Below are positions 53,705-63,998 of a stretch of 64,000 nt of DNA, piece after piece. Each line of letters begins with the position of its first letter. The first letter of the stretch is position 1. The notes beneath the pieces were generated by a model. It saw nothing but the letters and a program-made list of their open reading frames with translations. It made no database searches and was not told the DNA's origin. A program made the position numbers and the translations under genes. The DNA is taken from contig CAZWDO010000005.1 in the NCBI GenBank assembly GCA_964632485.1, forward strand, positions 146,249 through 210,248, written 5' to 3'. Origin of the DNA: an uncultured bacterium. Its GTDB lineage: Bacteria > JAGOEH01.

Positions 53705-56043
53705 GGCTGGATTCCCCGTTGAGTCGGAAAAATCATTTCAAAACTCGTTCCCATCCCCTCTTCACTTTCCACACGCAATACGACCTGATGCAATCGGGCT
53801 ATCTCCTTGACAATCGTCATCCCAATTCCTAAGCCGGAAATCGACGAGTTTCTGACGGCTGTCGCTCGAAAAAATTCATCAAACATGTGCTTGCGAGTAT
53901 ATAAATCCATTCCCAATCCATAATCTCTAACGATCAAATGAACACCATCTCCCTGGATCCCCATGCGTACATTGATCTCGGAATGAGCGGGACTATATTT
54001 TATCGCATTATCAATAACATTTCCGATCATTTTGTGAAGCAGCTCTTTATCTCCCAAGAAAAAGTTAGGAGCCGTCATCGGCGGTGTAAAGGAAATTTGA
54101 ATCATCGCCGCCATCGCTCCAGGTTGATACTGCTCAATAATCTGGTTGACTAACACCAAAAAATTAATTTTTTCTTTAAATGGTTTAAAATAGGTCTTGA
54201 GGTAGATTAATTGAGAGAGTTCACTGGACATGGCATTAAGATCGTTTAGCGCATGCCTGATATGACTGACCAAATGAGGCTGCACATCCTGCTTTGACTC
54301 GCTCAACAACATATCCATAAAATTTTCAATGATATTAACCGGATTCTTCAACTGGTGAACAATCGAACGCAGTAACAGGTTTTTCCGATCATCCATGGTT
54401 TTAAGCTGGTAGAAATAGATAATTGAATAAAGGGAATTGACGACAAAATCATCCCAAAGTACTAAAACAAGATCATCAATTTCCGAAGAGACTCCTGCTT
54501 TCTTTCCATAAAGCGATATTTCAACGGGCGCTCCCCAAAAAGAGACATGAAATTTGTAGTAAAGTAACTCAACTGCATCTTCATCATTCAAATAATCTTC
54601 AATGAAATAAGTTGACATCGTATCTTCATCAATCGTCTGGTTAGCCAAATATTCAGAGGTTTTATCGCGCAACAAAGGATGAAGAGCGACAAACGACTGA
54701 CTGCCAACTCGAATGATCACACGTTGCAGATAAAGAGTTTTCGCCAGCAATTCAAAAAGGCTGCGCCAAAAAAGATGCGCCGAATTCAGTTTTTTCATCA
54801 AATTCCCAAAAGAACCGGATATCAATTGACGGAAATTACTGATATCCAGCATGTGATTGACACGGCTCAGAATCATCTCGGGAGAAAATTCTCCAGGAAT
54901 ACTCTTTTTAATACGGGGGGCCGGTACATTCAGAATCGCCTCAATTATTTTTCGCTGATTAAAGGGTTTAATAATATAATGCTCAATGCCAATCGATTTT
55001 GCATAAAAAGCTTCAGCGCGGGATATACTGACTCCGCTTATCGCAACAATCGGGAGACTGTGTAAATAAGTGTCATTTTTTAATAAACGGGCAAATTGGA
55101 ATCCATTCATTAAAGGAAGGTTGATATCCAGAATCATTACATCCGGATAATTCTCCCGAATAGAATTCAAAGCGTCCATCACTCCTAATGCCGTATCCAC
55201 CAGAAATCCCTGATTTTGTAAAGTGAAGGTGATTGCCTGTAAAAGTGTGGGTGAATCATCGACTACTAAAACCCGTTTCGCATTTTTTAAATGGAGATTG
55301 TACAAAATTTTATAAATATAGGATTCTAACAGCGGTAAATTATCCTGGCTATTCACAAAAAATTCATTGATTCCGAATTCAAACCCCCGGCTCTGCAATT
55401 CGGGCTCATCATCATCAATGAGAGCGATAACCGGAACCGCATGGATCTGTTCGCTATGCCGAAAATTATTGACGAAATTCAATTTCTGGTTTTCATCGCG
55501 GCTGAGATCAATCAGAATCAAATGGGGCTGAATAGCGACCAGATTTGTAAACATATTGGCTTGAAATTTCATTTCATAGAGCCGGTAATGAGGATATTTT
55601 TTCAATGCGGAATGGATGATTAACTGCCGCATATCCGGCACATCAACCACTGCTATTTTTTTTATTTCCTCCTGTCCATTCTCCTCAAGGATGCTTCGGA
55701 TGATATTATGCCCATAAATTGAATTCAATTCACCCACCGACAGGCATGTATCGGTGAAGATTAAATTCCTCTGAACCTGGGACAAATTTATTTCTTTTAA
55801 ATAGATCAAGACGATGGGCAGGAACCATTTTCGCCGGATGGCCAGAATAGTATCTTTATGAGTTTGCTCCAGAAAAACATCCATAATCAATACGGCATTA
55901 TCGTATTGATGGGCTTGAAGCGCATTGATCAACTCATCCAAATCATAATGAAATTCGTAGTCGTAATCGAGGTTTTTAATGAATGCTTCCAGGGGCGTGA
56001 TAAAATCGGTTATATCACGAATGTAGAAAAAAATCTTTTTCAT
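53701..56043 (-). CDS. Cytoplasmic response-regulator/histidine-kinase hybrid (degenerate REC(s)-REC-HisKA-HATPase)
   Basis: VLVVDDS...LDINLP (intact REC), HQLKNP, NAIKYS, DYGLGM and GLGIG. Start at ATG 56043 after GGGAG. Confidence 0.85.
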   Translation of the reverse strand: MKKIFFYIRDITDFITPLEAFIKNLDYDYEFHYDLDELINALQAHQYDNAVLIMDVFLEQTHKDTILAIRRKWFLPIVLIYLKEINLSQVQRNLIFTDTCLSVGELNSIYGHNIIRSILEENGQEEIKKIAVVDVPDMRQLIIHSALKKYPHYRLYEMKFQANMFTNLVAIQPHLILIDLSRDENQKLNFVNNFRHSEQIHAVPVIALIDDDEPELQSRGFEFGINEFFVNSQDNLPLLESYIYKILYNLHLKNAKRVLVVDDSPTLLQAITFTLQNQGFLVDTALGVMDALNSIRENYPDVMILDINLPLMNGFQFARLLKNDTYLHSLPIVAISGVSISRAEAFYAKSIGIEHYIIKPFNQRKIIEAILNVPAPRIKKSIPGEFSPEMILSRVNHMLDISNFRQLISGSFGNLMKKLNSAHLFWRSLFELLAKTLYLQRVIIRVGSQSFVALHPLLRDKTSEYLANQTIDEDTMSTYFIEDYLNDEDAVELLYYKFHVSFWGAPVEISLYGKKAGVSSEIDDLVLVLWDDFVVNSLYSIIYFYQLKTMDDRKNLLLRSIVHQLKNPVNIIENFMDMLLSESKQDVQPHLVSHIRHALNDLNAMSSELSQLIYLKTYFKPFKEKINFLVLVNQIIEQYQPGAMAAMIQISFTPPMTAPNFFLGDKELLHKMIGNVIDNAIKYSPAHSEINVRMGIQGDGVHLIVRDYGLGMDLYTRKHMFDEFFRATAVRNSSISGLGIGMTIVKEIARLHQVVLRVESEEGMGTSFEMIFPTQRGIQP

Positions 56044-56044
56044 A

Positions 56045-56695
56045 TCACTCCCGTGTACGGTTTTTTTGATAGTTGCGATAAAACTCACCTAACCGGCTTT
56101 GATTTTCACGGAATTGGTCAAAATTTTCAGAGTCGCGATCGGACATCAGACCATAAGAATCAACTGGATAATAGGGATACGTTATTCCCGGATAATTCTG
56201 TTGGAGCGATTGGGCGTGGGCTTTAATAGCGGGCCATTCAAAAAAGGTATCGGGCCAAACTTTACACAATGCAGCCACAACCAATTCTAAATCAGGATGA
56301 TGTGAAAAATTGAGCGCCATAAAAAGCAGCATATCATCCAGATGGTCGAATGAAAGATCACTGTTTTGGCGAAGCATATTTTCACCGCCAATGGTTTTGA
56401 GGGCGATTGCGCGCCCGGCTTCTCTACCCAGCAACGCGCCGCCAACTCCATCGAAAATTTTCGATAACAAAAATTTTCCCATTTCCTGGCCGATCTGTTC
56501 GCCCGCCTGGACAGTTGCCAGCCGATCAATCCAGCGAGTGATCACTCCATCAGAAGTGAATGGGCAAAGATAGTCCCCCCGATTATCTTCACGGGGAATA
56601 GGAAAAGAGGAAGGCAATTCTTGACGGGATTGCGGTTGCGCCCATAGCGTTGAAAAAAAGCATAAACCGATTATGTAACGGATACTTAACCGCAT
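56045..56695 (-). CDS. Hypothetical exported protein
   Basis: Signal peptide. Its ends abut both neighbouring genes in the operon. Confidence 0.65.
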   Translation of the reverse strand: MRLSIRYIIGLCFFSTLWAQPQSRQELPSSFPIPREDNRGDYLCPFTSDGVITRWIDRLATVQAGEQIGQEMGKFLLSKIFDGVGGALLGREAGRAIALKTIGGENMLRQNSDLSFDHLDDMLLFMALNFSHHPDLELVVAALCKVWPDTFFEWPAIKAHAQSLQQNYPGITYPYYPVDSYGLMSDRDSENFDQFRENQSRLGEFYRNYQKNRTRE

Positions 56696-58119
56696 GAATG
56701 GACTCGTTGGTGGAGGTTGTTGCAGTGAAATTGAGCATTTTCACGGATTTTTACCCAGTCATAAGGTAAAATAAGTTTAAAATCCTTTTTAACCCAATTC
56801 CCATCAATCATAACAGCTGCAGAAATAGCTTTAACATTGGCCGCTGGTTTTTTTGATTGAGTGACTTTCGTAGGGACATTAAAATTTCTGGTTGTTAATT
56901 CTTTAGTTACATTGGCGGGAGTGGTGTTGTAAATGAGTGTTGAAACAATATTCTCCCAATTAAACGGGAGTGAATGAGGGAAAGAAAAATTCAGAATTGT
57001 TAAATCTGCCAAAAATCCAGGTTGAATATTACCCAGAGAATTCTCCAACTGCAGACATTGAGCAGCCCGGGAAGTAGTCAGATTGAACACGGTTGAGGCG
57101 GGAAGCGCATCCGGAGATACGGTTAGTTTTTGCAACAAAGCTGCCAGCCGCATTTCCTGCCACGCATCCAGGCGATTGTTGCAGGGCGCGCCATCGGCGC
57201 CAATTGCGGTATGGATACCCCGTTCAAGCCATTTTACCGTCGAAGCGATACCCGATCCCAATTTTAAATTAGCCGAGGGACAGTGAACCAAGGTCGTACC
57301 GGAGTGAGCGAGCATATCATATTCATCATCCTCAATCCAGACACCATGAGCTAAAAGCGAACGCCGGCCAAGCGCCCCCCGTTCAGCAAGATAAGCTATA
57401 TTCCCCTTACTTCCGCTCTTCCGGGTCCACTCCACTTCCGCCTGAGTTTCCGCAGCATGAGTATGGATCATAATATCGAAGGCTCTGGACCGCTCAACAA
57501 TCGCTTGCCATAACCTATCTGAGCAAACCGGCGCGAAACGGGGATTGAACACAAAATGAAGCCGTTGATTAGCCGCCCCATGCCAACGTTGCATTAATCT
57601 TTCACTTTCACTCAGCCCTTCTTCCACAGTGCATACCAGAGCGCGATCCGCTCTACCCAGATTGCGATCCATTAACATGTTGCCAGTCCACCCCCGGATA
57701 CCCATATCCGCCATAGCCTGAAAAATAGCCGACGTGTGGTTACGAGTCGCCATGTCAACTATCGTTGTGGTTCCGCCATCAATCAATTCCGCAATGCCCA
57801 AAATAGCCGACCAATAGGCAGAATCCTCATCGTGGGCCGCCTCATAGGGAAGAATATATTGATTCAACCAGTCAAAAAGAGTCGTATCATCGGCCAATCC
57901 TCGCATCAGAGTTTGACATAAATGGATATGCATCTGAATCAATCCGGGAATGATCAGCCGTCCTGCGAAATCCAGGCATGGATACTGGTTTTCATCGGCA
58001 TCCCCGCCCACTGAAAATATCCGGTTGCCTTTTATGAGAATATCAGCAGGACCCATAACCCGATGAGAGTTGCCATCCCAATTCAGATAAAAAGCATTTT
58101 TCAATAAAAAGGTATTCAA
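56686..58119 (-). CDS. Amidohydrolase (5'-deoxyadenosine/MTA-SAH deaminase-like) with an in-frame insertion near the C-terminus
   Basis: PGLIQMHIH, IHTHAAE, LAHGVW, HCPSANLKLGSG and GADGAPCNN. Confidence 0.88.
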   Translation of the reverse strand: MNTFLLKNAFYLNWDGNSHRVMGPADILIKGNRIFSVGGDADENQYPCLDFAGRLIIPGLIQMHIHLCQTLMRGLADDTTLFDWLNQYILPYEAAHDEDSAYWSAILGIAELIDGGTTTIVDMATRNHTSAIFQAMADMGIRGWTGNMLMDRNLGRADRALVCTVEEGLSESERLMQRWHGAANQRLHFVFNPRFAPVCSDRLWQAIVERSRAFDIMIHTHAAETQAEVEWTRKSGSKGNIAYLAERGALGRRSLLAHGVWIEDDEYDMLAHSGTTLVHCPSANLKLGSGIASTVKWLERGIHTAIGADGAPCNNRLDAWQEMRLAALLQKLTVSPDALPASTVFNLTTSRAAQCLQLENSLGNIQPGFLADLTILNFSFPHSLPFNWENIVSTLIYNTTPANVTKELTTRNFNVPTKVTQSKKPAANVKAISAAVMIDGNWVKKDFKLILPYDWVKIRENAQFHCNNLHQRVHSCG

Positions 58120-59306
58120 CGTGTTCCTCTTTGATTAAAAAAGGATTGGAGTTCGGTCCGATTCTCATAAACATCGGCAATCAATGCGCAAATCCGTAAG
58201 ACAACATCCGGGTCCAACGTGTTATAGAGGGGCAAAGCCAATCCGCTATCTGCCGTCCTCTCAGTTTCAATAAGATTTATACTGCAAAATTTTTGAAAAG
58301 GTTTCATAAAATGCAATGCGGGATAAAAATATTTCTTTGTTTGAATATTTTCCACACACAAAATATCGTTAAGCTGGTCCCGTGATAGACCGAACAAATC
58401 CGGATCGATAAAAAGTACCATATAATTATAACCGGATTGCGAAGCGGGAGTGATTGACTGAAAAGAAAGTCCCGGAATATCTTTCAAATTCTGCTGGTAA
58501 ATTTGGACCAGTTCTCGCCGGTGTTTCAGGTAGATATCCAGTCTCTCCAGATTGTAAAGAGCAATTACGGCTTGATATTCAGTCATGCGCGCATTCAACC
58601 CCATTTCATCGAAATCGTACTCACCCGTTTTCCCCATATCGCGTAAAACACGCAATTCATTGGCCAACGAAGGATTACGTGTTGAAATAATGGCTCCCTC
58701 CACGGCAGTGACAATTTTTGTTGGGGCCAGGCTGAATACCTCGATATCACCAAATGATCCGGCAGGCTGTCCATGATATGAGCTTCCCATTCCCTGCGCC
58801 GCGTCATAGATTATCGGGATACCATACTGGACCGAAATCCGGTCAAAGGCTTCAATATCTGGCGGATTTGAAAAGATATATACCGGCATAATCGCCAGGG
58901 TACGGTCTGTAATCAGAGGGATCACTTTTGCCGGATCCAAATTTTTTGTATTTGGATCTATATCGGCGAATACCGGTTTCAACCCATTCCAAAGTACACT
59001 CAATCCGGTCGCGGCAAACGTAAAAGACGGCAGAATCACTTCATCTCTCCCATTCTGCGCTAACGCTTTCAAAGCCAACATCAAACCAATCGTCGCATTG
59101 CTGGCGGACACGGCATGAGAAACATTCATCTGCTTACAGAATGTATCCTCTAACAAGCGATTGAACCGTCCATTCGTTATAAAAACTGAATCGTGAATTT
59201 GCCTGAGCCGCTCAGAAATCGCCGATAATGGTGGCATAGATGGTTTGATCAACAACTGCCAATCCGAAAAAGCCGGAATGCCGCCGAGTATTGCTAAACG
59301 ATTCAC
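58116..59306 (-). CDS. DegT/DnrJ/EryC1/StrS family PLP aminotransferase
   Basis: VILPSFTFAAT, YDAAQG, FSLAPTK and GLNARMTE. Confidence 0.92.
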   Translation of the reverse strand: MNRLAILGGIPAFSDWQLLIKPSMPPLSAISERLRQIHDSVFITNGRFNRLLEDTFCKQMNVSHAVSASNATIGLMLALKALAQNGRDEVILPSFTFAATGLSVLWNGLKPVFADIDPNTKNLDPAKVIPLITDRTLAIMPVYIFSNPPDIEAFDRISVQYGIPIIYDAAQGMGSSYHGQPAGSFGDIEVFSLAPTKIVTAVEGAIISTRNPSLANELRVLRDMGKTGEYDFDEMGLNARMTEYQAVIALYNLERLDIYLKHRRELVQIYQQNLKDIPGLSFQSITPASQSGYNYMVLFIDPDLFGLSRDQLNDILCVENIQTKKYFYPALHFMKPFQKFCSINLIETERTADSGLALPLYNTLDPDVVLRICALIADVYENRTELQSFFNQRGTR

Positions 59307-59307
59307 A

Positions 59308-60105
59308 TTAAACCGCCTTCTTTTCTAATAAGAGGTAAAAAATCTGGCCTAAAGACGGCAAATCCTTTTGCTGTGAAAAAAACTCCCCAGCCATCGAATG
59401 ATATAGTTTTGCGGCAATTTGATTGAGGGGATTGTCGTAGGAAGGGTCTTGCGGGAAAACCAAAGCAGGTTGCATCGCCCGCGAAATCAAATAATAGAAC
59501 CAAAAACTTCCACGTTCAGCAATATTAAAAAATAATCCTAACAGCGGGAGAAGCTCTTTTTCATCAAAAAAACAATTATGCCAGGGCATGGGAATCGGCT
59601 TTAAACCCAAAATATCCCGTTGCCGATTTAAATTTTCCAATCCTTGTCGGGTTCCTTCAATAAAAATCCAATAGCCGTTTTCTTTAATATAGTGAGGAAT
59701 CGATCGCAAAACATCCGCTTGTTCCGGCCAATTCGCCAAATTAATCAGGCAACGCTCTGAAATAATCACATCAAATAAAGGTTTCATACTAAAAGGTAGA
59801 TGGCGGACATCTGCGCAGACTAAAAAACAATTGTTCACGCCTTTTTCCTTTATTCGGAGTTGCGCTTTTTGAAGCATTGTCAACGAATAATCAACAGCGA
59901 TGAACTCGTGAACATGCTCAGCATACCGGCAACTCCCCTCGCCATCGCCACAACCTAACTCCAGTCCCCATGTAAAAAGTTTTTCCTTACTCGTCAAATA
60001 TTCCTTAATTTGCTCCATCTCAATCTCTTTTAACAAACTATCTTTCAGGGATACTGTATCCTTATCGTTCCAGTATTGCCGGACTAAACGATTATTTTCG
60101 TTCAT
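59308..60105 (-). CDS. Class I SAM-dependent methyltransferase
   Basis: LELGCGDG, AVDYS and FDVIISERCLINL. Confidence 0.88.
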   Translation of the reverse strand: MNENNRLVRQYWNDKDTVSLKDSLLKEIEMEQIKEYLTSKEKLFTWGLELGCGDGEGSCRYAEHVHEFIAVDYSLTMLQKAQLRIKEKGVNNCFLVCADVRHLPFSMKPLFDVIISERCLINLANWPEQADVLRSIPHYIKENGYWIFIEGTRQGLENLNRQRDILGLKPIPMPWHNCFFDEKELLPLLGLFFNIAERGSFWFYYLISRAMQPALVFPQDPSYDNPLNQIAAKLYHSMAGEFFSQQKDLPSLGQIFYLLLEKKAV

Positions 60106-60186
60106 AACATCCTCTCAGTTATTGAACAACTTTTCAAAATATAACTTGATAGCCAACAAGCGCAAAAACTAATTTTTCTGTTATAC

Positions 60187-60215
60187 AATATAGTAATAAA
60201 TATAATAAAAGTCAA
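60187..60215 (-). promoter_or_regulatory. Sigma70-type promoter for the methyltransferase operon
   Basis: Minus strand TTGACT-N17-TATATT. Confidence 0.65.
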
Positions 60216-60242
60216 TAATAGAAATTTTTTAAAAAAAAAATA

Positions 60243-61556
60243 TTATTTATCCCCTAACAGGCAAGTTGAACAAAGCCCTTTTTGGCAATATTCCCGAAAA
60301 AGCTGCAGCCACCCCTGTTGGATCAACGCGGAATTATCGGCTGGCAAAACGCGATTCATGTACCCATAGCGGCGGCGGACCAGAGATAATGGGAAATTAT
60401 CAGCAAGCGCAGGAAAATTTTCTAAAATCGTCCAAATTTTAGTTTCCTGATGCGTCTCTGTTTCCAGTCTAAAAAATATGAGCAATAAAGGTAAGAGAAT
60501 ATTGAAAAGAATGATCCGCTGACGATCATGCCCCAGATTATAGGGTAATCGGATTAAAGGGTGGGATATTAATGAGGCATCAAGAATCAAGAATTGATGA
60601 AGCGCATCAAGAGTATCACTTTCAGAAAAAAAATGAAGCAGAAGTTCCTCGGTAAGCCCATGCTTAATTTTCTCCACTAACCAGAAACTCATGAACAGCA
60701 AACGCAGAAAGGGTTGGTTAAACGGCCGTACACGGTGATAATTCCAGGGGATTGTCGGTTGAATGGATTCTATTTCAAGAGGAACAGAACATTTATTAAT
60801 TTTTAATGTCAACCATTGCAAATAATCGGGATAATGCTCTTTGACCCATGGTTCCATCTTTCCAATATGAATCCAGCGCCATTGGAGATAATAGGGAATT
60901 TGTCCGGCCGGGATGGAAGAAACTTTTTGACGGATGGTACGAAGTGGGAAAAGAGATGCCAGACGTAAAAAATTTTCCTTATTGCGAGAATAACCCAATG
61001 ATTCCATAATTCCCTGAAAGATTAGCTCATCGAAAAGCTCCAGATCCTGATAGCGAACCTGAAATCGATTCAGTTTTTGATTGATCCGTTGGATTCCCAG
61101 ATTTTTCAGGATGAGATGGACGGGTTCATCTGACCGGTACAATGGGCAAAATGGCTGCGGCTGGCTTTCGTCCGAAGACGCCTGGATTTCCGTTAGTCGA
61201 GCGCGATCGATTATCTTCTCCAGGGAGACAATTTCAATGGGTTGTGACGCCATTTCATGATAGATGAGAGTGACGTCAGCGCAGGAATGCATAACCACAA
61301 GCAGATGAACATTGCGAAAATCCTGATTAGATGAATGTTTGTGATGGTACCAGTTTTCAAAACTTACTTCAATCTCAACATCACCGGTACAGATTTCCCC
61401 GTCAATCCGATAGCGGCAAAACTTAAAATCCGGTCCTTTGTCCCGATCAAATATTCCGGGATAAATGATCTCGATACTCCTCCCGCTGTTAGATGTAAGC
61501 TGATGCTTTGTCAGACATTGATGTTCCCATATCTGGTAAAGTAGCTCTTCATTCAC
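60243..61556 (-). CDS. DUF2851 family protein
   Basis: MNEELLYQIW, GPDF, GDVEI, WYHHKH, LGYSRNKE, RVRPFNQP and a terminal CxxxxCxxC. Confidence 0.85.
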   Translation of the reverse strand: MNEELLYQIWEHQCLTKHQLTSNSGRSIEIIYPGIFDRDKGPDFKFCRYRIDGEICTGDVEIEVSFENWYHHKHSSNQDFRNVHLLVVMHSCADVTLIYHEMASQPIEIVSLEKIIDRARLTEIQASSDESQPQPFCPLYRSDEPVHLILKNLGIQRINQKLNRFQVRYQDLELFDELIFQGIMESLGYSRNKENFLRLASLFPLRTIRQKVSSIPAGQIPYYLQWRWIHIGKMEPWVKEHYPDYLQWLTLKINKCSVPLEIESIQPTIPWNYHRVRPFNQPFLRLLFMSFWLVEKIKHGLTEELLLHFFSESDTLDALHQFLILDASLISHPLIRLPYNLGHDRQRIILFNILLPLLLIFFRLETETHQETKIWTILENFPALADNFPLSLVRRRYGYMNRVLPADNSALIQQGWLQLFREYCQKGLCSTCLLGDK

Positions 61557-61594
61557 CGCTAAACCCTTTCCGGTGATTTGTTAAAAACCAATCG

Positions 61595-63124
61595 TTAAAA
61601 ATCAATATGGCGAGGGATAATAAAAGCTGTCAGCCGATAACATCCCCAATACAGGCCAATAAAGAGCGCGCCGCAGAGCGGCAGAATCCAATAGACACTC
61701 GAGGTAGCGAACCAGGTTTTAACAGCGAGAAACAGGAAAAAAGCAGGTATCGAAGCCAGGAAGGTCCGCGCCATGGAAACTGACATAAACAGCAATGGAA
61801 TCGGACAAAAAAAACGGTGACACCAAAAAAGCAAAACAATCAATTGCGCCAGAAAACTGATGGCCGTTGCCAATGCGATTCCGGCATGAGCGAGCGATGT
61901 CCGATACAGAATCAAATCGAGCGAAATATTAAGCAAAGCGCCGATTATCGAAGCATAAAAGGGATAGCGATTTTTTTCCAGAACTGAGAAAACTCGGGCG
62001 AAAACGGAACTCAAACCCATAGGCAGGACCGACAGCATATAATATTGGAAAGCGTAGGCGGTAGCCTCAGTCGCCACGGCATCGAAATTCCCCCGCTGGT
62101 AAATAAATTGAATAATAGGATAACTGAAAACAATTGTAAAAACAGTGATGGGCATCATTAAAAAAAAATTATGTGAAATCGCCCGGGTGATGAATTTACG
62201 AGCAGAATCCGCATCGTGTTTGTTTTTCATATTACTCAATTCGGTAGCAGTTATCCGGGAAATGGATAAGGAGAAAATTGCTACCGGCAAATGGACAATC
62301 CGAAAAGAAAAATAAAGCCAGGTTACAGCGCCTTCAGTGACCAGTGTGGCAACGGCTTTATCGACCAATTCAACGGATTTATTAACCAGAGACATCAGGA
62401 AAACCTGGCTGCCATTATTAAGAGTTGACCGATTGGCTTCGCGAGTCGATTCCGGGTCCGAATGGGACCCGAGCGGAATCTGAGATTGATAGTCACGTAA
62501 ACAGCGCAAAGTCAGGGGGACCTGAATCAGCGCAAATAGAAGAGCTCCGAAAACATAAGCCAAAGTCAGCGAAACAATTCCTAAGTGACGGGCCAGCAAA
62601 AAAAGGGCCAATACTGTACCCACATTCATCATGGCCGGAGCAAACGAATAAGTGAAATACTTCTTTTCAAATAAGAGGGTTGCGCCCATATAAGTTGCCA
62701 GGGTAATAAAAAATATTTCGGGCATCAGCCACAGTGAAAGTGTATGCGCTAAAGCAAGCCCCGCAGAGGAAAATCCTGGAGCCATCAGATGCAACAACGG
62801 TTTGAGCAAAAGAATTAACAGCAGGATAGAGACAATTGCGCCAATAATGACCCAACCGAATACCCGACGCCAATAAAGGAATGCGCTGGCAGGATTTTTC
62901 CGCCAAAGATTCTTGAAAATTGGCATGACCGTACGTTCAAACATATCTTCACCCAGAACATTACGCAGTAAAGTCGGGATACTGAAGGCAAGTAAAAAAC
63001 TATCGGTCATCTGGCCGGCGCCGAAAAAATGGGCTACGGCTATTTCACGTACAAATCCGGTAATACGCGATATAAATGTTCCTGCCGTCAGATAGATCGT
63101 CTCTCTGAAATCGTTTAATCGCAT
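61595..63124 (-). CDS. murJ: Lipid II flippase MurJ (MviN)
   Basis: SRITGFVRE, FFGAG, IYQRGNFD and AGIALATAIS, with about 14 TM segments. Confidence 0.92.
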   Translation of the reverse strand: MRLNDFRETIYLTAGTFISRITGFVREIAVAHFFGAGQMTDSFLLAFSIPTLLRNVLGEDMFERTVMPIFKNLWRKNPASAFLYWRRVFGWVIIGAIVSILLLILLLKPLLHLMAPGFSSAGLALAHTLSLWLMPEIFFITLATYMGATLLFEKKYFTYSFAPAMMNVGTVLALFLLARHLGIVSLTLAYVFGALLFALIQVPLTLRCLRDYQSQIPLGSHSDPESTREANRSTLNNGSQVFLMSLVNKSVELVDKAVATLVTEGAVTWLYFSFRIVHLPVAIFSLSISRITATELSNMKNKHDADSARKFITRAISHNFFLMMPITVFTIVFSYPIIQFIYQRGNFDAVATEATAYAFQYYMLSVLPMGLSSVFARVFSVLEKNRYPFYASIIGALLNISLDLILYRTSLAHAGIALATAISFLAQLIVLLFWCHRFFCPIPLLFMSVSMARTFLASIPAFFLFLAVKTWFATSSVYWILPLCGALFIGLYWGCYRLTAFIIPRHIDF

Positions 63125-63756
63125 CCCTTTATCGCCCTTAGATAAGAAATTATCCGCTCCTGACGACGCCATATCATTTCATAATGGGTTGGAATCATAT
63201 AGTCCCATTGAGAATCTACGCCTGTACTGCTATCCGATAAATCTTCGATTTCCAGATCAAACGGCATTAAAGGAAAATCCGTCAAAGTTTCCCGGGCGAA
63301 TTTAAACAATGGCTGACTATCGGTCTTAAAATGGAAAACTCCCCCGTTAACTAATATCCGCTGGTATTCAACAAAAAACTGATGATGGACCAATCGTCGG
63401 TTAGCTTTGCTGGGTTTGGGAAACGGATCGGGAAATTGAACCCAGATTTCATGGATAGATTCCGATGGGATATGAGGAAAAAGGTCTTCAATTTTACAAT
63501 TGATAAAACGAATATTAGAAAGATTTAATTCTTGCGCAAGCCGGCAACCATTCCATAATCGCTCTTTTTTTTGGTCGAAACCCCAAAAAAACCGATTGGG
63601 ATAACGCTGGGCTAATAGTGTTAAAAACACACCGTTCCCCGTTCCCAATTCAATAACCTGGTAAGGATGATCAAGAAAAAAAAACTGGTCGAGATTAAAA
63701 ACAAGTTCGGGGAAGCTTAAAAATATCGAGTCTTTTCGAATTTGTTTTTTTCGCAA
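63115..63756 (-). CDS. trmB: tRNA (guanine-N7)-methyltransferase
   Basis: IELGTGNG, FPDPFPK, RRLV, FKTD and PTHYE. Confidence 0.92.
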   Translation of the reverse strand: MRKKQIRKDSIFLSFPELVFNLDQFFFLDHPYQVIELGTGNGVFLTLLAQRYPNRFFWGFDQKKERLWNGCRLAQELNLSNIRFINCKIEDLFPHIPSESIHEIWVQFPDPFPKPSKANRRLVHHQFFVEYQRILVNGGVFHFKTDSQPLFKFARETLTDFPLMPFDLEIEDLSDSSTGVDSQWDYMIPTHYEMIWRRQERIISYLRAIKGCD

Positions 63757-63815
63757 AACAAATCTCCCTGCGGTTAGAGGCTAATATTAATAAGATTTCA
63801 ACACCCGGCGTACAA

Positions 63816-63998
63816 TTAGTTTTGAATGAATACAATCATCTGCGAAGGCCGCAAATGATATTCAAAATGCTCCGGGATAAAATCAAGCCGGTATTCCGGG
63901 GAGATATCGACAATTAAACGGCGACGGCCAAAAATTTCAAAAAGATCGCTAAATTCAACATACTGATAATGTTGATAATCTTTATTGATAATAATCAG
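63816..63998 (-). CDS. C-terminal end of a gene running in from beyond the window, possibly an alpha-amylase-family glycoside hydrolase
   Basis: An open frame reaches the window edge: LIIINKDYQHYQYVEF...VDISPEYRLDFIPEHFEYHLRPSQMIVFIQN*. Confidence 0.5.
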   Translation of the reverse strand: MIIINKDYQHYQYVEFSDLFEIFGRRRLIVDISPEYRLDFIPEHFEYHLRPSQMIVFIQN

